DNA from: a virus
Lineage: Duplodnaviria > Heunggongvirae > Uroviricota > Caudoviricetes
Virus record (IMG/VR): IMGVR_UViG_2713896908_000012
Span: 1 to 36,503 of that record
Reading direction: 5' to 3' (one strand)
DNA length: 36,503 nt
Positions 1 to 10,436 of the stretch are shown in pieces. Below the pieces are notes generated by a model. The model made no database searches. It saw only the letters and a program-made list of their open reading frames with translations, and was not told the DNA's origin. The stretch's first letter is position 1, and each line of letters starts with the position of its first letter. Both the position numbers and the translations under genes were made by a program.

Positions 1-303
1 GTGAATCGCCCCCCGGCAGACCAGCCACCACGGCAAATCACTCTGCACCTGCAGCCGCCTGTCGGCCTCACTCAGCCAGGACAAACCACCGGGGTGGCTG
101 TGGACCAGCGCCACAATCTCACCCTGCATTTCTGCCTGCAGCCAGTCCTCCGGCGACAGCCTGAAATAATCCTCCGGCTCACCGGAGATATTCACGCAGG
201 GAAAATATCTGTCCCCCTCCGGCGTTCTCACCACGAAGCCGCACGACTCCGCTGGCGCACATCGCCGGGCATGCGCCAGAATCGCTGATTCTGTTTCTGT
301 CAT
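1..303 (-). CDS. K: Tail assembly protein K (JAB/MPN-type), N-terminal part only; gene continues beyond window start
   Basis: Reverse-strand translation from ATG at 303..301 reads MTETESAILAHARRCAPAESCGFVV...ALVHSHPGG..., closely matching lambda gpK as I recall it, including the HSHP metal-binding motif. Start overlaps the L stop region, as in lambda. Confidence 0.8.
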   Translation of the reverse strand, partial: MTETESAILAHARRCAPAESCGFVVRTPEGDRYFPCVNISGEPEDYFRLSPEDWLQAEMQGEIVALVHSHPGGLSWLSEADRRLQVQSDLPWWLVCRGAIH

Positions 304-307
304 GGGT

Positions 308-1006
308 TTACTGAGAAAGTTTGTTAATGGAAAGGAAGCCGCCAAAGTTGCCGACGTTATTGCGAAACTTACAGCCGCTCAGGCATTTGCTGCATTTATC
401 CCGCGTGATATCGGACGTCGGCTGGTCATATTCATCCGCGACAGCCGGACCGTTATAACCGCACTCATCACCGCGATAGGTCCAGGTGCAGGTGTTGGCC
501 AGCATGGTGCGCCCCGGAAAAACAGCGCCGTCCGTTTCCGTCGGTGTGGAGAGCACAAAGGAGGCACTGACCGCGCTCAGTTCGCTGCACTGCTCGATGC
601 GCCAGCGGCTGATCGCCTCCTGCTCCGGGTCTGCGTCGATGTTTCCGTTGACGAAGTTCACCGCATCCAGAAAACGGGCGTAAACCTTACGCCTGACCAC
701 CGTTCCGCCGACCAGACTCTGCAAATCTTCCACCATCCCGGTGATCAGGCCGTGAAGGTTAGACACAGTCAGTGTCGGACGGGCAGCACTACCCTTGCCG
801 TTCAGTTCAAATCCCGTCCCCTGAATTGGATAGGCCTGATACTGCCGCCCCTGCCAGGTGACTGGTTCGCCTTTTTCGTTCTGCTCATTACAGAAAAAAT
901 AACGCTCTCCGCCGACCTCTGTCAGATCGACTTCCCAGAGCACGACCAGCGCGGATTGCTCCGCTTTTGTACACTCATTCAGTGTTTCCTGCCGGATATC
1001 CTGCAT
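308..1006 (-). CDS. L: Minor tail protein L
   Basis: 232-aa ORF, same length as lambda gpL; conserved C-terminal cysteine cluster (CSKCLSGCKF); located between M and K as in lambda. Confidence 0.9.
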   Translation of the reverse strand: MQDIRQETLNECTKAEQSALVVLWEVDLTEVGGERYFFCNEQNEKGEPVTWQGRQYQAYPIQGTGFELNGKGSAARPTLTVSNLHGLITGMVEDLQSLVGGTVVRRKVYARFLDAVNFVNGNIDADPEQEAISRWRIEQCSELSAVSASFVLSTPTETDGAVFPGRTMLANTCTWTYRGDECGYNGPAVADEYDQPTSDITRDKCSKCLSGCKFRNNVGNFGGFLSINKLSQ

Positions 1007-1338
1007 CAGATCACCACTTCATCAAACTGACACGAAAAATCGGTATAGGTGATATGTTCTGTAGCTGACCACGTTCGACACACCACTCTGATTTTTCTGT
1101 TAACACCCGGTGGACGCCAAAAAAAAGATTTATAGCCTTCATGCCGTGCTAAAAAATTTTCGAATGAATCACGTTCATTCGCCTCAACCTTGAAATCACA
1201 GGTGAAAACACGTAGAGAATGATTAAGTCCATTTGGACTTCGTTGCTCATAACCATCGCCAAATCTTACAGTTTTTATCGATGGTTTATTTTCTGTTTTC
1301 ATTCCATCCTCTGGTAACCAGTGGAATTCTTCAGCCAC
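1006..1338 (-). CDS. M: Minor tail protein M
   Basis: 110-aa ORF immediately downstream of the tape measure gene with stop/start overlap; size and position match lambda gpM. Confidence 0.8.
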   Translation of the reverse strand: MAEEFHWLPEDGMKTENKPSIKTVRFGDGYEQRSPNGLNHSLRVFTCDFKVEANERDSFENFLARHEGYKSFFWRPPGVNRKIRVVCRTWSATEHITYTDFSCQFDEVVI

Positions 1339-4300
1339 TTAACATTCCTCCATCACGTCGCATATTTAACAGAGTGCCCTGCACTCGCTGATCAACCATT
1401 CCCATAAGTGTTCTAATTGCCTGAGGGCCAATCTCTCCATTCTGTCCGTCATTTTGAATAGTGATTTGGTATACAGGGGCATAGATAATATCTCCGCCTC
1501 CATTACCACTTTTACTATTAATAGCTCTGACACCAAGAGAACCATCGGAAGTTCGTGTTAATGGCATAATAGCTTCCGGTCCAGACTCACCAAAAACACC
1601 AGCTCCTTTTGCAAAAGCAAAAAATTGCGGGGAATCATAAATACCGTTTGAATATGTACTCAATGATGGAGACTCATAAATACCGCCCTTTGCATTAGGA
1701 ATAAATTTACTAACAGCACTTCCGATAGTTCCTAAAATTCCCCCAGAAGAACTGTTGCTAATGCTGTCGAAAATCCCGGTAATTGAAGCCTTTAATGCTA
1801 TTCTGCTAAGATCTGAAATCACGGAGGTAGCGAAAGAACGAAAATTTGCCTTACCTGTCGTGACAAAATCACCAAGCGCATCTGTCATCCCATCAAACAT
1901 CTGAGTCGTGGTTGATTTTATCTGCCCGCTGATATCCTTAGTGTTATCCAACCAGTTATTGAATCCTTGGGACGCCCCACTTACCCAGTCTCCTGCCTGA
2001 ATATCGAGCTGCTCATTTTTCTGCCTGATAATTTCTTTTTCCCGCTCCACAGCATCATTCAGGGCCTGTATTTTTTCCTGAAAAACACGTTCAGACATTC
2101 CACGAGATTTATCCGCATAGTCACGTTCAAGTTGCAGACGCCGGTTGTTATATTCACGTTCAATCCGCAGTAATTCCTGCTGACGTTGCTGATTTTTATC
2201 GCCAAGTCCATAACCAGCGATCTGAATGTCATACCCCTGCTGATGATTATCAATAGAAGCCTGCAATGAACTACGCCATGTGGCTATTTCGGCTGACTCC
2301 TTGATTAGCCTGTTATTTTTTTCAATCGCAACATTTTTCTCCATCAACGCGGTTATTTCTTCCCGGTGTAAGAGAAGCGATTTCTGATCCTTAGTTAATT
2401 TTGATGTCGGACGAGATTCAAGATCGACTATTTGCTGGCGCCACTTAACCAGTTCCTGCTCAGAGGAACTTAATTTAACTGTCAATTCAGCTTGTGAACT
2501 TAGTAACGCATTCTGTTGATTCAGATGGTCAATCATTCGTTGGGCGGCATCATCTGAATAATTCCGTGTTTTTGGTGATTTTGGATCTTTATATAATTCA
2601 TTAATGCGAGAAATATTATTATTATATTGCTCTTCACTAATAGCCCCTGCATCCAAAAACTTCTTCTGCTGCCTGATTGCTTTACTTCTTTTTTCTGCAT
2701 TAGTCAGATACTGTTGGTTAACACGATCGGCCTCCTGTTGAGTCTGAATTCGTTCTTGCTCAGCTTTACTTGCTGCAGAAATGGCCCCAGTAATATCTGC
2801 CTGAGCCGCCATAGTTAGCTGAAGAATGTTTAACTCTTGCTCAAGCTCTTTTCGACGTGAGGCAAAAACAGTTTTTCCACCGACAGCGTTATCAATCCAA
2901 TCAAGCTCCTTGCGGATTTGAGTGATACGCTCATTTCCACCAGACACACGACCAACATCAAGCATTGCATCCCAAGCTTTTTTCGCTGTACCAGCTAAAC
3001 CATCCCAGGCTTTTTCAAGAAGCCCAAGATTTTGCTGGATTTCTGATGTACGCTGCTGTAAAGCCTGAGAATAAACGTCAGAAGCTACCCTAGCCGCCTC
3101 CTGCTGGTTCCCTTCATCCTGTAGCGCCTTAATCTGGTTATAAGTCGCCAGTGTCAGAAAATGGTACTGATCATTAAGTTTTGATATGGCACTGACAGGA
3201 TCCTTTGCAATTTCATTGAAATTATTAACCAGTTGATCGGTCGATATTCCAGTTAATTCGCCCGTTTTTACTATCGCTGTCGTCACCTGCTCCAGCGAAC
3301 TGCTCGCGACCTTTCCTGAACGCACAAGCTGGTTTAATACTGCCGCCGCAGCGCCAGTTGTCGAATCAGCAGCATCCCCGGCACGTTGAGATATATCAGC
3401 TAATTGCCCGCTGGTTGTCCCCAACTGATTTCCGGTAAGAATAAGAGATTTATTAAATTCGTCCTGCTCCTGAGAGCCTTTATAGTAAGCTAGCCCCAAG
3501 GCGCCAACGGCTGCTGCGGCCAGGGTAAAAGGATTAATTAATCCCAGCACATAAGAACCAACACCTTTGATCGCCGGGCCAATCCCACCGAACATATCTT
3601 TTAGCTGGCCGCCCTGCTGCATTAACACCATAAATGGCGACTGACCAGTGGACAACCCAACAACAATATCCGTCATTTGTGCAGGCAACATGCGCATAGC
3701 AAAAGCCGTTTGTTTTGCTGACATACCGGTTTTGCTGAGTTGCGATTGAGTAGCCTCAAGCTCACTCCGCATAGCATGGAGTTTTCCTGAAAGCTCCTCA
3801 TACATTTCAGGAGAAAGCATCCCATTGGCTTTTGCTTCGCTGAGTTGCTTTTGCTGCTCTGTCAGGCGGTTAAAAGCTGTTCCAACAGGATCGAGTTGAG
3901 CAATCAGACGTTGCAAAGCAGCAACTTGTTCATCATGCGCTTTTGCTGCTTCTCGTTCTGCCTGAGCCTCTCCTGTTAGCTCTCGCCGCGTTTCCTGTAT
4001 TTTTCGGCTGTAATTATCAAACTGAGAGCCATTTATTTTCCCGGAAAAAAGTGCAGCATTAAGTTCATCCTGCTGTTGATCAAGATTTCTTAGCGCCGCA
4101 GCCAGAGGGTCGATCTTGTCCAGCATTCTTTGAAAGGCCTGAGCCTGCGCTTCCTGCTGGGCGGCAGCAAGTTTTCCGGCCTTCTCGGCCTCTCTCTGCG
4201 CTTGCGCAACCCCGCTCAATTCCTCTGTGGTTTCATTAAGTTTACGGGCAAGAAATTCATATTCTTCTTTATCAATAAGCCCTTTATCGAAATATTTCTT

Positions 4301-4540
4301 TAATTCAGAATAGCGTCGACCGACAGTATCAATTGCGGCACCAACTGGATCAATAGCTGCTTTTAATTTTGCGAGCGCGTTCTTCTCGTCTTCTGTTGCC
4401 TTAGTCACTTTCCCTGCGCTATTTGCAGCAGTTTCCCCGGCCTGCGTCATTTTGACTAATGATGAGGTCAGATTATCAGCATTATTTTTCGCTCCAGAGC
4501 TATCAATAATTATTGCAAGACGTGAGGTCTGCTCTGCCAT
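1331..4540 (-). CDS. H: Tail tape measure protein
   Basis: 1069-aa ORF, coiled-coil-rich (A/Q/E/K-rich) N-terminal two thirds, Gly-rich hydrophobic segment; position between GT and M. AGGAG ribosome-binding site (4552-4556, minus sense) precedes the ATG at 4540. Confidence 0.9.
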   Translation of the reverse strand: MAEQTSRLAIIIDSSGAKNNADNLTSSLVKMTQAGETAANSAGKVTKATEDEKNALAKLKAAIDPVGAAIDTVGRRYSELKKYFDKGLIDKEEYEFLARKLNETTEELSGVAQAQREAEKAGKLAAAQQEAQAQAFQRMLDKIDPLAAALRNLDQQQDELNAALFSGKINGSQFDNYSRKIQETRRELTGEAQAEREAAKAHDEQVAALQRLIAQLDPVGTAFNRLTEQQKQLSEAKANGMLSPEMYEELSGKLHAMRSELEATQSQLSKTGMSAKQTAFAMRMLPAQMTDIVVGLSTGQSPFMVLMQQGGQLKDMFGGIGPAIKGVGSYVLGLINPFTLAAAAVGALGLAYYKGSQEQDEFNKSLILTGNQLGTTSGQLADISQRAGDAADSTTGAAAAVLNQLVRSGKVASSSLEQVTTAIVKTGELTGISTDQLVNNFNEIAKDPVSAISKLNDQYHFLTLATYNQIKALQDEGNQQEAARVASDVYSQALQQRTSEIQQNLGLLEKAWDGLAGTAKKAWDAMLDVGRVSGGNERITQIRKELDWIDNAVGGKTVFASRRKELEQELNILQLTMAAQADITGAISAASKAEQERIQTQQEADRVNQQYLTNAEKRSKAIRQQKKFLDAGAISEEQYNNNISRINELYKDPKSPKTRNYSDDAAQRMIDHLNQQNALLSSQAELTVKLSSSEQELVKWRQQIVDLESRPTSKLTKDQKSLLLHREEITALMEKNVAIEKNNRLIKESAEIATWRSSLQASIDNHQQGYDIQIAGYGLGDKNQQRQQELLRIEREYNNRRLQLERDYADKSRGMSERVFQEKIQALNDAVEREKEIIRQKNEQLDIQAGDWVSGASQGFNNWLDNTKDISGQIKSTTTQMFDGMTDALGDFVTTGKANFRSFATSVISDLSRIALKASITGIFDSISNSSSGGILGTIGSAVSKFIPNAKGGIYESPSLSTYSNGIYDSPQFFAFAKGAGVFGESGPEAIMPLTRTSDGSLGVRAINSKSGNGGGDIIYAPVYQITIQNDGQNGEIGPQAIRTLMGMVDQRVQGTLLNMRRDGGMLSG

Positions 4541-4560
4541 TTATTAAAACTCCTGACAAC

Positions 4561-4584
4561 AAAAAAACCCACCGAAGTGGGTTT
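4561..4584 (-). terminator. Intrinsic terminator-like hairpin between GT and tape measure genes
   Basis: Stem CCCAC/GTGGG with 4-nt loop (4568-4581); on the minus strand it is followed by a 7-nt U-run (complement of A-run 4561-4567). Confidence 0.5.
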
Positions 4585-4704
4585 CAGGCGACATAATAGT
4601 AGATATAGCGATTACGAGGCCACGCAATGCTTTTCTCCAGGAGCATCATCGATTTAATTAAAGACACTATCACATCTCTGTAACAGAGTGTACGTAATTA
4701 ACAA

Positions 4705-5462
4705 CTACACACACTGCTCCTGAAAATACTGGTCATCCAGTGCAAAGATCACTGCTTCAAATTCATCGCGCTCAATCAATACCGGATGAGTGGCTAAATA
4801 TTCATTTATCTCTGACAGAGATAAAGGCAAAGGCACCCCAGCCATTCCAGCATAACGCCGGGCACGGGATATCACCGAATAGGCGTACAACAATTCCCTA
4901 ATAACCGGGTCTATTTCTGGCTCCGGGAGCGGCGGCAACCTGAGCTTTTCTCGTTTCCACCTTGCCTTTTCACCCTTTTCTCCCCCGAACTCCGATATCC
5001 ACCGCTGGGCGGCAATGGCTTTTTTATCGTATCCTGCTTTTGCTGCTCTTTTCCCTGGGCGATTCTGGCGGCTTCTGCAAGGATTTGCCAGTACAACTCT
5101 GGATTCTGCTTGAGCAGCGCAGCACCTCTTTCTGGTGTATATTCCAGCGCGACCTCAACACCATCTACCAGCTCTCCAACCCCTTTCCAGTCTTTCAGCA
5201 GATAACGAGCGGCGTTATCAATGAGTAAATCATCAACAGAGTCCACCTCGACGACCTTTGCAATATCAAACGCCTTCGTTCCGACATGCAAACTGGCATC
5301 CATTTTCTCAATGTGGCGACGGATTAATGCATTACGGGAGCGATACTGATCATTATCGCTGCTTGCCACCAACAGTTGTAACCCAGCAATAGGTTCTAAG
5401 TCTTTCATTGGCGTAAACCAGCGTTCTCCACCGATGATAATTTTCTGTTCAAGAATAAACAT
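4705..5462 (-). CDS. Tail assembly chaperone fusion (GT analogue) made by programmed -1 ribosomal frameshift at A_AAA_AAG (5025..5019)
   Basis: The -1 frame is open from the slippery heptamer to the stop at 4705 and reads ...KKAIAAQRWISEFGGEKGEKARWKREKLRLPPLPEPEIDPVIRELL..., continuous with the 77-aa ORF 4705..4938. Geometry matches the conserved G/GT frameshift upstream of tape measure genes. Confidence 0.6.
4911..5462 (-). CDS. Tail assembly chaperone (lambda G analogue), zero-frame product
   Basis: 183-aa ORF directly upstream of the tape measure gene; contains an in-frame A_AAA_AAG heptamer (minus strand, 5025..5019); GAGG ribosome-binding site 9 nt upstream of the ATG. Confidence 0.7.
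   Translation of the reverse strand: MFILEQKIIIGGERWFTPMKDLEPIAGLQLLVASSDNDQYRSRNALIRRHIEKMDASLHVGTKAFDIAKVVEVDSVDDLLIDNAARYLLKDWKGVGELVDGVEVALEYTPERGAALLKQNPELYWQILAEAARIAQGKEQQKQDTIKKPLPPSGGYRSSGEKRVKRQGGNEKSSGCRRSRSQK
5019..5025 (-). promoter_or_regulatory. Slippery heptanucleotide A_AAA_AAG for -1 frameshifting (coordinates given high to low because the site is on the minus strand)
   Basis: Minus-strand codons ATA AAA AAG CCA lie in the G reading frame; plus strand shows cTTTTTTat at 5019-5027. Confidence 0.6.
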
Positions 5463-5521
5463 CTATAACCTCATTCAAAACGCCCCCTGTTGCGCAATAT
5501 CACAGGGGGAATAACGGAAAA

Positions 5522-6484
5522 TCAACTAATCGACTCAGCACTGGCTTTTGCAATCACTGCAGCCGGGGAAGCTTTTTTTCTGGTGATAGTTGGCGCTTCG
5601 TCAGCAGCGGTAATGCTCAACTGAACCTGGATAATATCGGTATTACCGCCGTCAGGCCATTCACCTGATATCTGAACTTTAGGAAAACTGAAAGTGTATT
5701 CCCCCTCACCATTCGAAAGCGTGAAATTGAACGGAACAGTCTCCCCTGTCAGCGTTTTACTCCATATTTTCCACGCAGCTTTAGACCATGAAAGCGTCAC
5801 AGTACCGGACGGTGTGAAGGTTGTCGGAATATTAGCTCCGGCATAAGGAGAACCAGTCCCGACACAACGCTGGGTCTGAAGTTTGTTATCGAACTGGATA
5901 TCAAAGCTGTCGATACAAAAACCGTTACCTCCGGCAACACCATTCAGACTTACAGCTGAAACTTCCTTAAACGAATAACGTAACTTTCCTGCACTATCTA
6001 CAGGCTCGCCTTTGATAAAATTCGTATCATCGGCCTTTGATTCCCAGTCCAGCCCGGCAAAAGTGACTGTCGCAGTAATATCACCGTCGTTAGGGATCTG
6101 CATTTTCCACAATCCAACCTGTGCCCCCCTGACGATAGAGGCAATTCCCACATCTGACGCATATGTTGCCAGAGAAAATGTTATTCGCTCATTCCCCATA
6201 GTCAGAGAATCTCCTGACCATTCCGCGCCGAAACAGGATGCAAGGAAATCATCATGTTGGCCCCAGCGAAATTTGGTACCAACATCACCGCCGACATCCA
6301 CAGTGCCAGGCGTCGCCCCCTGAGCCATACGAGAACCACCGATCTCATTATTTTCGCCTTTATTCTGGGTTGGTTTTACTCCCCAGCTTGTGCGCTTTAA
6401 TAAACTCCAGTCACCACTAGCTGGCGTGGTGCCTGCAATTGTCTCCCGGATAAATGCCGAGATAACCTTTGCACCTGAACTCAC
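5522..6484 (-). CDS. Major tail (tube) protein with C-terminal Ig-like domain
   Basis: 320-aa ORF upstream of the G/GT chaperones; Ser/Thr/Gly-rich beta-type C-terminal region; GTG start at 6484 with AGGAGG 6 nt upstream. Confidence 0.7.
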   Translation of the reverse strand: MSSGAKVISAFIRETIAGTTPASGDWSLLKRTSWGVKPTQNKGENNEIGGSRMAQGATPGTVDVGGDVGTKFRWGQHDDFLASCFGAEWSGDSLTMGNERITFSLATYASDVGIASIVRGAQVGLWKMQIPNDGDITATVTFAGLDWESKADDTNFIKGEPVDSAGKLRYSFKEVSAVSLNGVAGGNGFCIDSFDIQFDNKLQTQRCVGTGSPYAGANIPTTFTPSGTVTLSWSKAAWKIWSKTLTGETVPFNFTLSNGEGEYTFSFPKVQISGEWPDGGNTDIIQVQLSITAADEAPTITRKKASPAAVIAKASAESIS

Positions 6485-6510
6485 AGGAGCCTCCTATGTC
6501 ATTAATTGCG

Positions 6511-6903
6511 CTAGAGCGCTCGATATGGAATTTGAAGATTAAGCTGGAACCAGCCATTCTTTTCACCAACGGCTATTGAGGAAACAGCCTGGTAGCTGAG
6601 ACGATCATCATCCTGAAATTCAAACAATTCTCGCAATTTATCCGCCGTCTCAGTAATAAGTTTTGAGCCAGAGCCTGCGGGAACAAATAACTGAATAATA
6701 ATTATCCCCGTGCGATAAACAACCGGACCCGCACCAATTTCATTAGTCCCAGCCAGACCGGGGATATCACTTAACCGCGCCCAGATTAACTTACCTGACG
6801 GATCGAATGTTGGCCCGTTTGGATATAATACATCTTTTCCATCAATAACCGTCTGTGCCGTCATTCTGGAAATAACAGCATTTCTGATTTCAGTAAAAGT
6901 CAT
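6511..6903 (-). CDS. Tail terminator / tail completion protein (gpU-like position)
   Basis: 130-aa ORF immediately upstream of the major tail gene; assignment by position only. Confidence 0.45.
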   Translation of the reverse strand: MTFTEIRNAVISRMTAQTVIDGKDVLYPNGPTFDPSGKLIWARLSDIPGLAGTNEIGAGPVVYRTGIIIIQLFVPAGSGSKLITETADKLRELFEFQDDDRLSYQAVSSIAVGEKNGWFQLNLQIPYRAL

Positions 6904-7280
6904 TTATAAATCTGCGAAACACCATTAAAAGCATTAGCATACACACCTGTTGGCGCTTGTTGAGAATGTCCATCCTCAATAGATTCGGCATAAGGCAGGT
7001 TATTCTGGATGTAGATGATTCCGTAATTCGCCGCTTTTGAAATAACCCCGATTCCACGTTGAAGTGCAATCGTGCCATTCGGATCCACATTATCAGATAT
7101 ACTAAAATCTGGGTGCTGTAACGATACCAGATTATTATTTCTGAAACGCCCGGTATCAACCGGAGCGGCAATATCAATAGCTGTAAGAATCTGAATAGCG
7201 ATGTAGCGAATTTTCAGTCCCACATCTTCCTCAATCATCCCAACAAATATTGACGGTTCCAGATCCCATGCCTTTGCCAT
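6900..7280 (-). CDS. HK97 gp10-family tail component (gpZ-like position)
   Basis: 126-aa ORF with the VDTGRFR-type motif I associate with the gp10 family; overlaps the neighbouring gene by 4 nt. Confidence 0.5.
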   Translation of the reverse strand: MAKAWDLEPSIFVGMIEEDVGLKIRYIAIQILTAIDIAAPVDTGRFRNNNLVSLQHPDFSISDNVDPNGTIALQRGIGVISKAANYGIIYIQNNLPYAESIEDGHSQQAPTGVYANAFNGVSQIYK

Positions 7281-7667
7281 TTACTTTCTCCTTAACTGGA
7301 TAGAATAAACCGATGCGGAAGGATCTACATGTACTGTAATTATCTCGTATCGTTGTAACTGCCTTGATACAGGATCATAAGTCTCAATAATATGTCCGAT
7401 AGCAGGTTTATCCGTAACCTCACAGGCCAGAGCAGTTAACTTAAGGTCGCCGTGCAAAATATTAATTCCATCAACTCTGCCAAGCTTATAGCGTGCCAAC
7501 ACACCTCGTCCGGTATATGTTGTTGTAAGTTCGCGGCCTGTCTCCGTCACAGGCTCCCAACCCTGGTGCGTAACGTAAGAACCAGAAAAATTATTCACCG
7601 CGTCAGCTAAATCACCATCAAAAGCAGCGGCAACCTCATCCTGAATCTCATCACGAATCCCCATCAT
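7281..7667 (-). CDS. Head-tail joining / head closure protein (putative)
   Basis: 128-aa ORF between connector-like and gp10-like genes; assignment by synteny. Confidence 0.4.
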   Translation of the reverse strand: MMGIRDEIQDEVAAAFDGDLADAVNNFSGSYVTHQGWEPVTETGRELTTTYTGRGVLARYKLGRVDGINILHGDLKLTALACEVTDKPAIGHIIETYDPVSRQLQRYEIITVHVDPSASVYSIQLRRK

Positions 7668-8059
7668 CCCCCCCTCACAACCCTGACTTGTGAGTGACTC
7701 AGTCCGTACGGTTTCAGCAGCGCCAGCGCAAGCTGTAAATCGGGCTCAAGCAATGCAGTGCTGTTTGCTGATAATTCAGCAAATGATTTCGATACACTAA
7801 CCCCATCAGCCGACACAGTTTTATTTATAACAACACCAGAATCATTTTTCTGCTGAAATAACTTACCTACAGAAGCGACTCTGGCAGCATATGCTCCAGC
7901 GAGCTTTACCTCGTCAGGAATACTGGATGGATCAACCTTCAGACTAAAGTTATTCAACCAGGCATTGGCCATTAAAACCGCTTTATTTTTAACATCCTCA
8001 TTCGCCCAGTTTTTCCCAAGCGTATTATCAACATCATCACAGGTAACGTAAGTGATCAT
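7664..8059 (-). CDS. Head-tail connector (gp6-like adaptor) protein (putative)
   Basis: 131-aa ORF downstream of the capsid gene; size and position typical of HK97 gp6-like adaptors. Confidence 0.45.
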   Translation of the reverse strand: MITYVTCDDVDNTLGKNWANEDVKNKAVLMANAWLNNFSLKVDPSSIPDEVKLAGAYAARVASVGKLFQQKNDSGVVINKTVSADGVSVSKSFAELSANSTALLEPDLQLALALLKPYGLSHSQVRVVRGG

Positions 8060-8062
8060 GCG

Positions 8063-8287
8063 CTACTCCTGTGTTTTCCAGCCCAGCGCCTTCCAATTGT
8101 CAACTTCATCAGGATGAACATTAGCGATTGTTGGGGCACCGGGGTATATCTGATTCTCGGTCATCATAACTACCAACTTAATCGGTGTTTTTTGTGGTTC
8201 CCTGGTTTGCGCCGCCTTCCGCTCCGACACTGCATTTTTTTGCGCGGCATCACGCTGTGCTCTTTGATCTTTAGTCAATCCAGCCAT
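8063..8287 (-). CDS. Small basic hypothetical protein, head module
   Basis: 74-aa ORF (MAGLTKDQRAQRDAAQKNA...); GGAGG ribosome-binding site (8291-8296, minus sense) upstream. Confidence 0.4.
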   Translation of the reverse strand: MAGLTKDQRAQRDAAQKNAVSERKAAQTREPQKTPIKLVVMMTENQIYPGAPTIANVHPDEVDNWKALGWKTQE

Positions 8288-8299
8288 ATACCCTCCATT

Positions 8300-8325
8300 A
8301 AAAAAGGGACCGAAGCCCCTTTTTG
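8300..8325 (-). terminator. Intrinsic terminator/attenuator hairpin downstream of the major capsid gene
   Basis: Minus-strand sequence GGGGC-UUCG-GUCCC followed by U6; A-run on the other side makes it potentially bidirectional. Short stem. Confidence 0.4.
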
Positions 8326-8328
8326 ATT

Positions 8329-9468
8329 TTATCCAATAATCAGGCAGCTATGCGCAGGTTTCACTGACGAAACGCCCCATGCCAGCCCAACTTCATAACG
8401 TACCTGACGATACTGACGATACAGTGCAATCTGAAATGTAATTCCCGAGATTGGGTCCGTAACATTCATTACATCATCAGCGCTATCGCCGCCCTCCGGC
8501 ATTGCCGGGGTACGGGATGCCAACAGAAATGCGTTGCGATCGAACGCCATATTTGCAGTAAATGAGCCAACAACCGTGATTGCAGTATCATCAGCCAGAT
8601 CCTGACGTAGACCTGGTGCAGCAAGGGTAATCAGATTACTGGTTGCAGCAGCCACAACATACTGATTAGGATCGCCATCGAAAGTAACAATCTGCCCTGC
8701 CGAAATATTCCCCGAACCAGTATCAATGGAAATAAGAACATCACCTTCTTTCTTCTCACCATTCACAAGATAACCAGTTGCAGTGGCTTTTGGTACTCGT
8801 TTTACACCTGCCGAACTGTGAATACTGAATCCCTCCAGGCGCCCCAACACACCCTCGCGCAGTAGCTGCTCAGTGCCAGATTCATTCACTTTAAACAATA
8901 CGGACTGTTTTCCGCGCAAATTAGCAATAGCGGTGGAGCCAAGTACCATCTGTAAATCGGTTGTCGGTGCCCCGTTATCCTCCAGAATCTGACGAGCCAG
9001 AGCCGCATCAGAAAGATCATCTTTAACACCAAACGGCGTTGTCCCCGCGGTCCCAACAGCACGAGAAGCACCGAAATACAGTGCGCCAAGATCAGCCTCA
9101 ACCTCGTTTGCAAGTGCTCGAAAAGCTTGCTTGAACTGATCAGCCAGAATGGTGTTGTAAGTCCCGGAAGGACCAAGCGCCAGTTGTTCTTCACCATTCC
9201 ATTTAACTGGCGCCATTTTAGATTTAGTAATTTTTACATCAACAGTGCCAATATTTTGATCTCCAGTATTCGGAGCTGACGGGCCCGGTACGATATCTTC
9301 AGTTTTCGCATCAGGCGCAACTGGCGCGGTTACCGTCTGATCTTTTGCTGCAGCGTCAGCTTTTGCGTTTTTTGCTACCGCAGGAATAAAACCTACCTGC
9401 TCACGGGATACAACATCCAGGGCGGTGTAAATAGTCGGGATCAACCCGGTCAGGGTATTTCCAGCCAT
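8329..9468 (-). CDS. Major capsid protein
   Basis: Probable start ATG at 9468 (MAGNTLTGLIP...) with AAGGA ribosome-binding site; ~379 aa; lies between scaffold and head-tail genes and is followed by a terminator, typical of a highly expressed coat gene. The track ORF extends to 9561 via an upstream alternative start. Confidence 0.75.
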   Translation of the reverse strand: MAGNTLTGLIPTIYTALDVVSREQVGFIPAVAKNAKADAAAKDQTVTAPVAPDAKTEDIVPGPSAPNTGDQNIGTVDVKITKSKMAPVKWNGEEQLALGPSGTYNTILADQFKQAFRALANEVEADLGALYFGASRAVGTAGTTPFGVKDDLSDAALARQILEDNGAPTTDLQMVLGSTAIANLRGKQSVLFKVNESGTEQLLREGVLGRLEGFSIHSSAGVKRVPKATATGYLVNGEKKEGDVLISIDTGSGNISAGQIVTFDGDPNQYVVAAATSNLITLAAPGLRQDLADDTAITVVGSFTANMAFDRNAFLLASRTPAMPEGGDSADDVMNVTDPISGITFQIALYRQYRQVRYEVGLAWGVSSVKPAHSCLIIG

Positions 9469-9567
9469 AATTAAATATTCCTTAAAATTTTGCGTAATTG
9501 TAAATGAATTGAGTAGTGAGCTATCCAGCCCTGACGCCAGTCCCCATCCAGGAACTGGCAAAATGTG

Positions 9568-10332
9568 TTAGTCAACGATAGTGATACCGTCTTTCAGTGC
9601 GTTTTGCTTACCTGCAACATCCAGTGCATCAAAAGCTGATCGCTTCATCGTTTTCTGACCAATATCATGCTGTGTCGGACGGGAGCCGCCACCATTGTTG
9701 CCACTGGCTTTCAGGATGTAGTCTTTCTGAGGGTAATTTTCGACGAGGAACTCCAGCGCCTCATCAAACTGCGCCAGTTCGCCTGGCTTCGTGCGGGAGT
9801 AAATTTTGTTGCCGGAAGCGTCATAAGCAACGATCTTCCCTTCTTCCACTTTGAATGACTGTCCGAAGCGGGCCTGTAATAAATCTGCCGGGATCGCAAT
9901 TTTATCGGCAATATATTTTGAACCAGCAAAACTACCGCCAATCATGGAATCATAAAGCTGCTTCTCCAGCATCTGAGAGCGTTGCTTTTCTTCGTCTAAT
10001 TGCTGCTGAAAATTTTTCGTAATTTCTGCTTTAACCTGGTCAACCTGTCCCGCATCAATCAGTTTTTTCTGGTCAATTTTGGACAGCATTTCCAGCGCCT
10101 CAATCGCCTTTTTCGGGTCATCGATGGCAGCGAACCTGGCAAGTTTTTCCTCTGCGGCCTCTTTAGCCAGACGATGATTTTTCGCCTCGCCATTAAGTTC
10201 TGTAATTTTTCTGGCTGCCAGCGGTGCATCGAAGCCGATTTCTTTACCATCATCATGCACATAAACTGGCAGACCAGCAGTGTCGATTTCTGCGTATTTT
10301 TTTCCGTTAATCTCTACTGTTTTCAGTTTCAT
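9568..10332 (-). CDS. Capsid scaffolding protein (putative)
   Basis: Start ATG at 10332 (MKLKTVEINGKK...) with ribosome-binding site; charged, helix-rich, E/K/Q-rich sequence; immediately upstream of the capsid gene. The terminator hairpin at 10399-10416 argues against the longer track ORF start at 10404. Confidence 0.55.
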   Translation of the reverse strand: MKLKTVEINGKKYAEIDTAGLPVYVHDDGKEIGFDAPLAARKITELNGEAKNHRLAKEAAEEKLARFAAIDDPKKAIEALEMLSKIDQKKLIDAGQVDQVKAEITKNFQQQLDEEKQRSQMLEKQLYDSMIGGSFAGSKYIADKIAIPADLLQARFGQSFKVEEGKIVAYDASGNKIYSRTKPGELAQFDEALEFLVENYPQKDYILKASGNNGGGSRPTQHDIGQKTMKRSAFDALDVAGKQNALKDGITIVD

Positions 10333-10391
10333 ATTAATACCTGATTTAAGTCTTCCGACTGTTACACTGCTCACTATCCAGATTGCAGCAA

Positions 10392-10416
10392 TAAAAAAGG
10401 CCACCCGAAGGTAGCC
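10392..10416 (-). terminator. Intrinsic terminator-like hairpin between head morphogenesis and scaffold genes
   Basis: 7-bp stem (GGCCACC/GGTAGCC, one mismatch) with CGAA loop; followed on the minus strand by a U-run (complement of A7 at 10392-10398). Confidence 0.45.
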
Positions 10417-10436
10417 TGTTGTAATAAATAATTAAT

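Noticed and set aside
1-288. 95-aa plus-strand ORF at the window start
   Set aside because: Antisense to the K tail gene, whose minus-strand translation matches lambda gpK; Pro/Arg-rich artefact of GC-rich antisense.
302-1030. 242-aa plus-strand ORF
   Set aside because: Lies antisense to the well-supported tail protein L gene and has low-complexity composition; the overlapping minus-strand ORF matches lambda gpL.
10333-10404. N-terminal 24 codons of the track scaffold ORF
   Set aside because: The extension would have to be translated through the terminator hairpin at 10399-10416; the internal ATG at 10332 has a ribosome-binding site.
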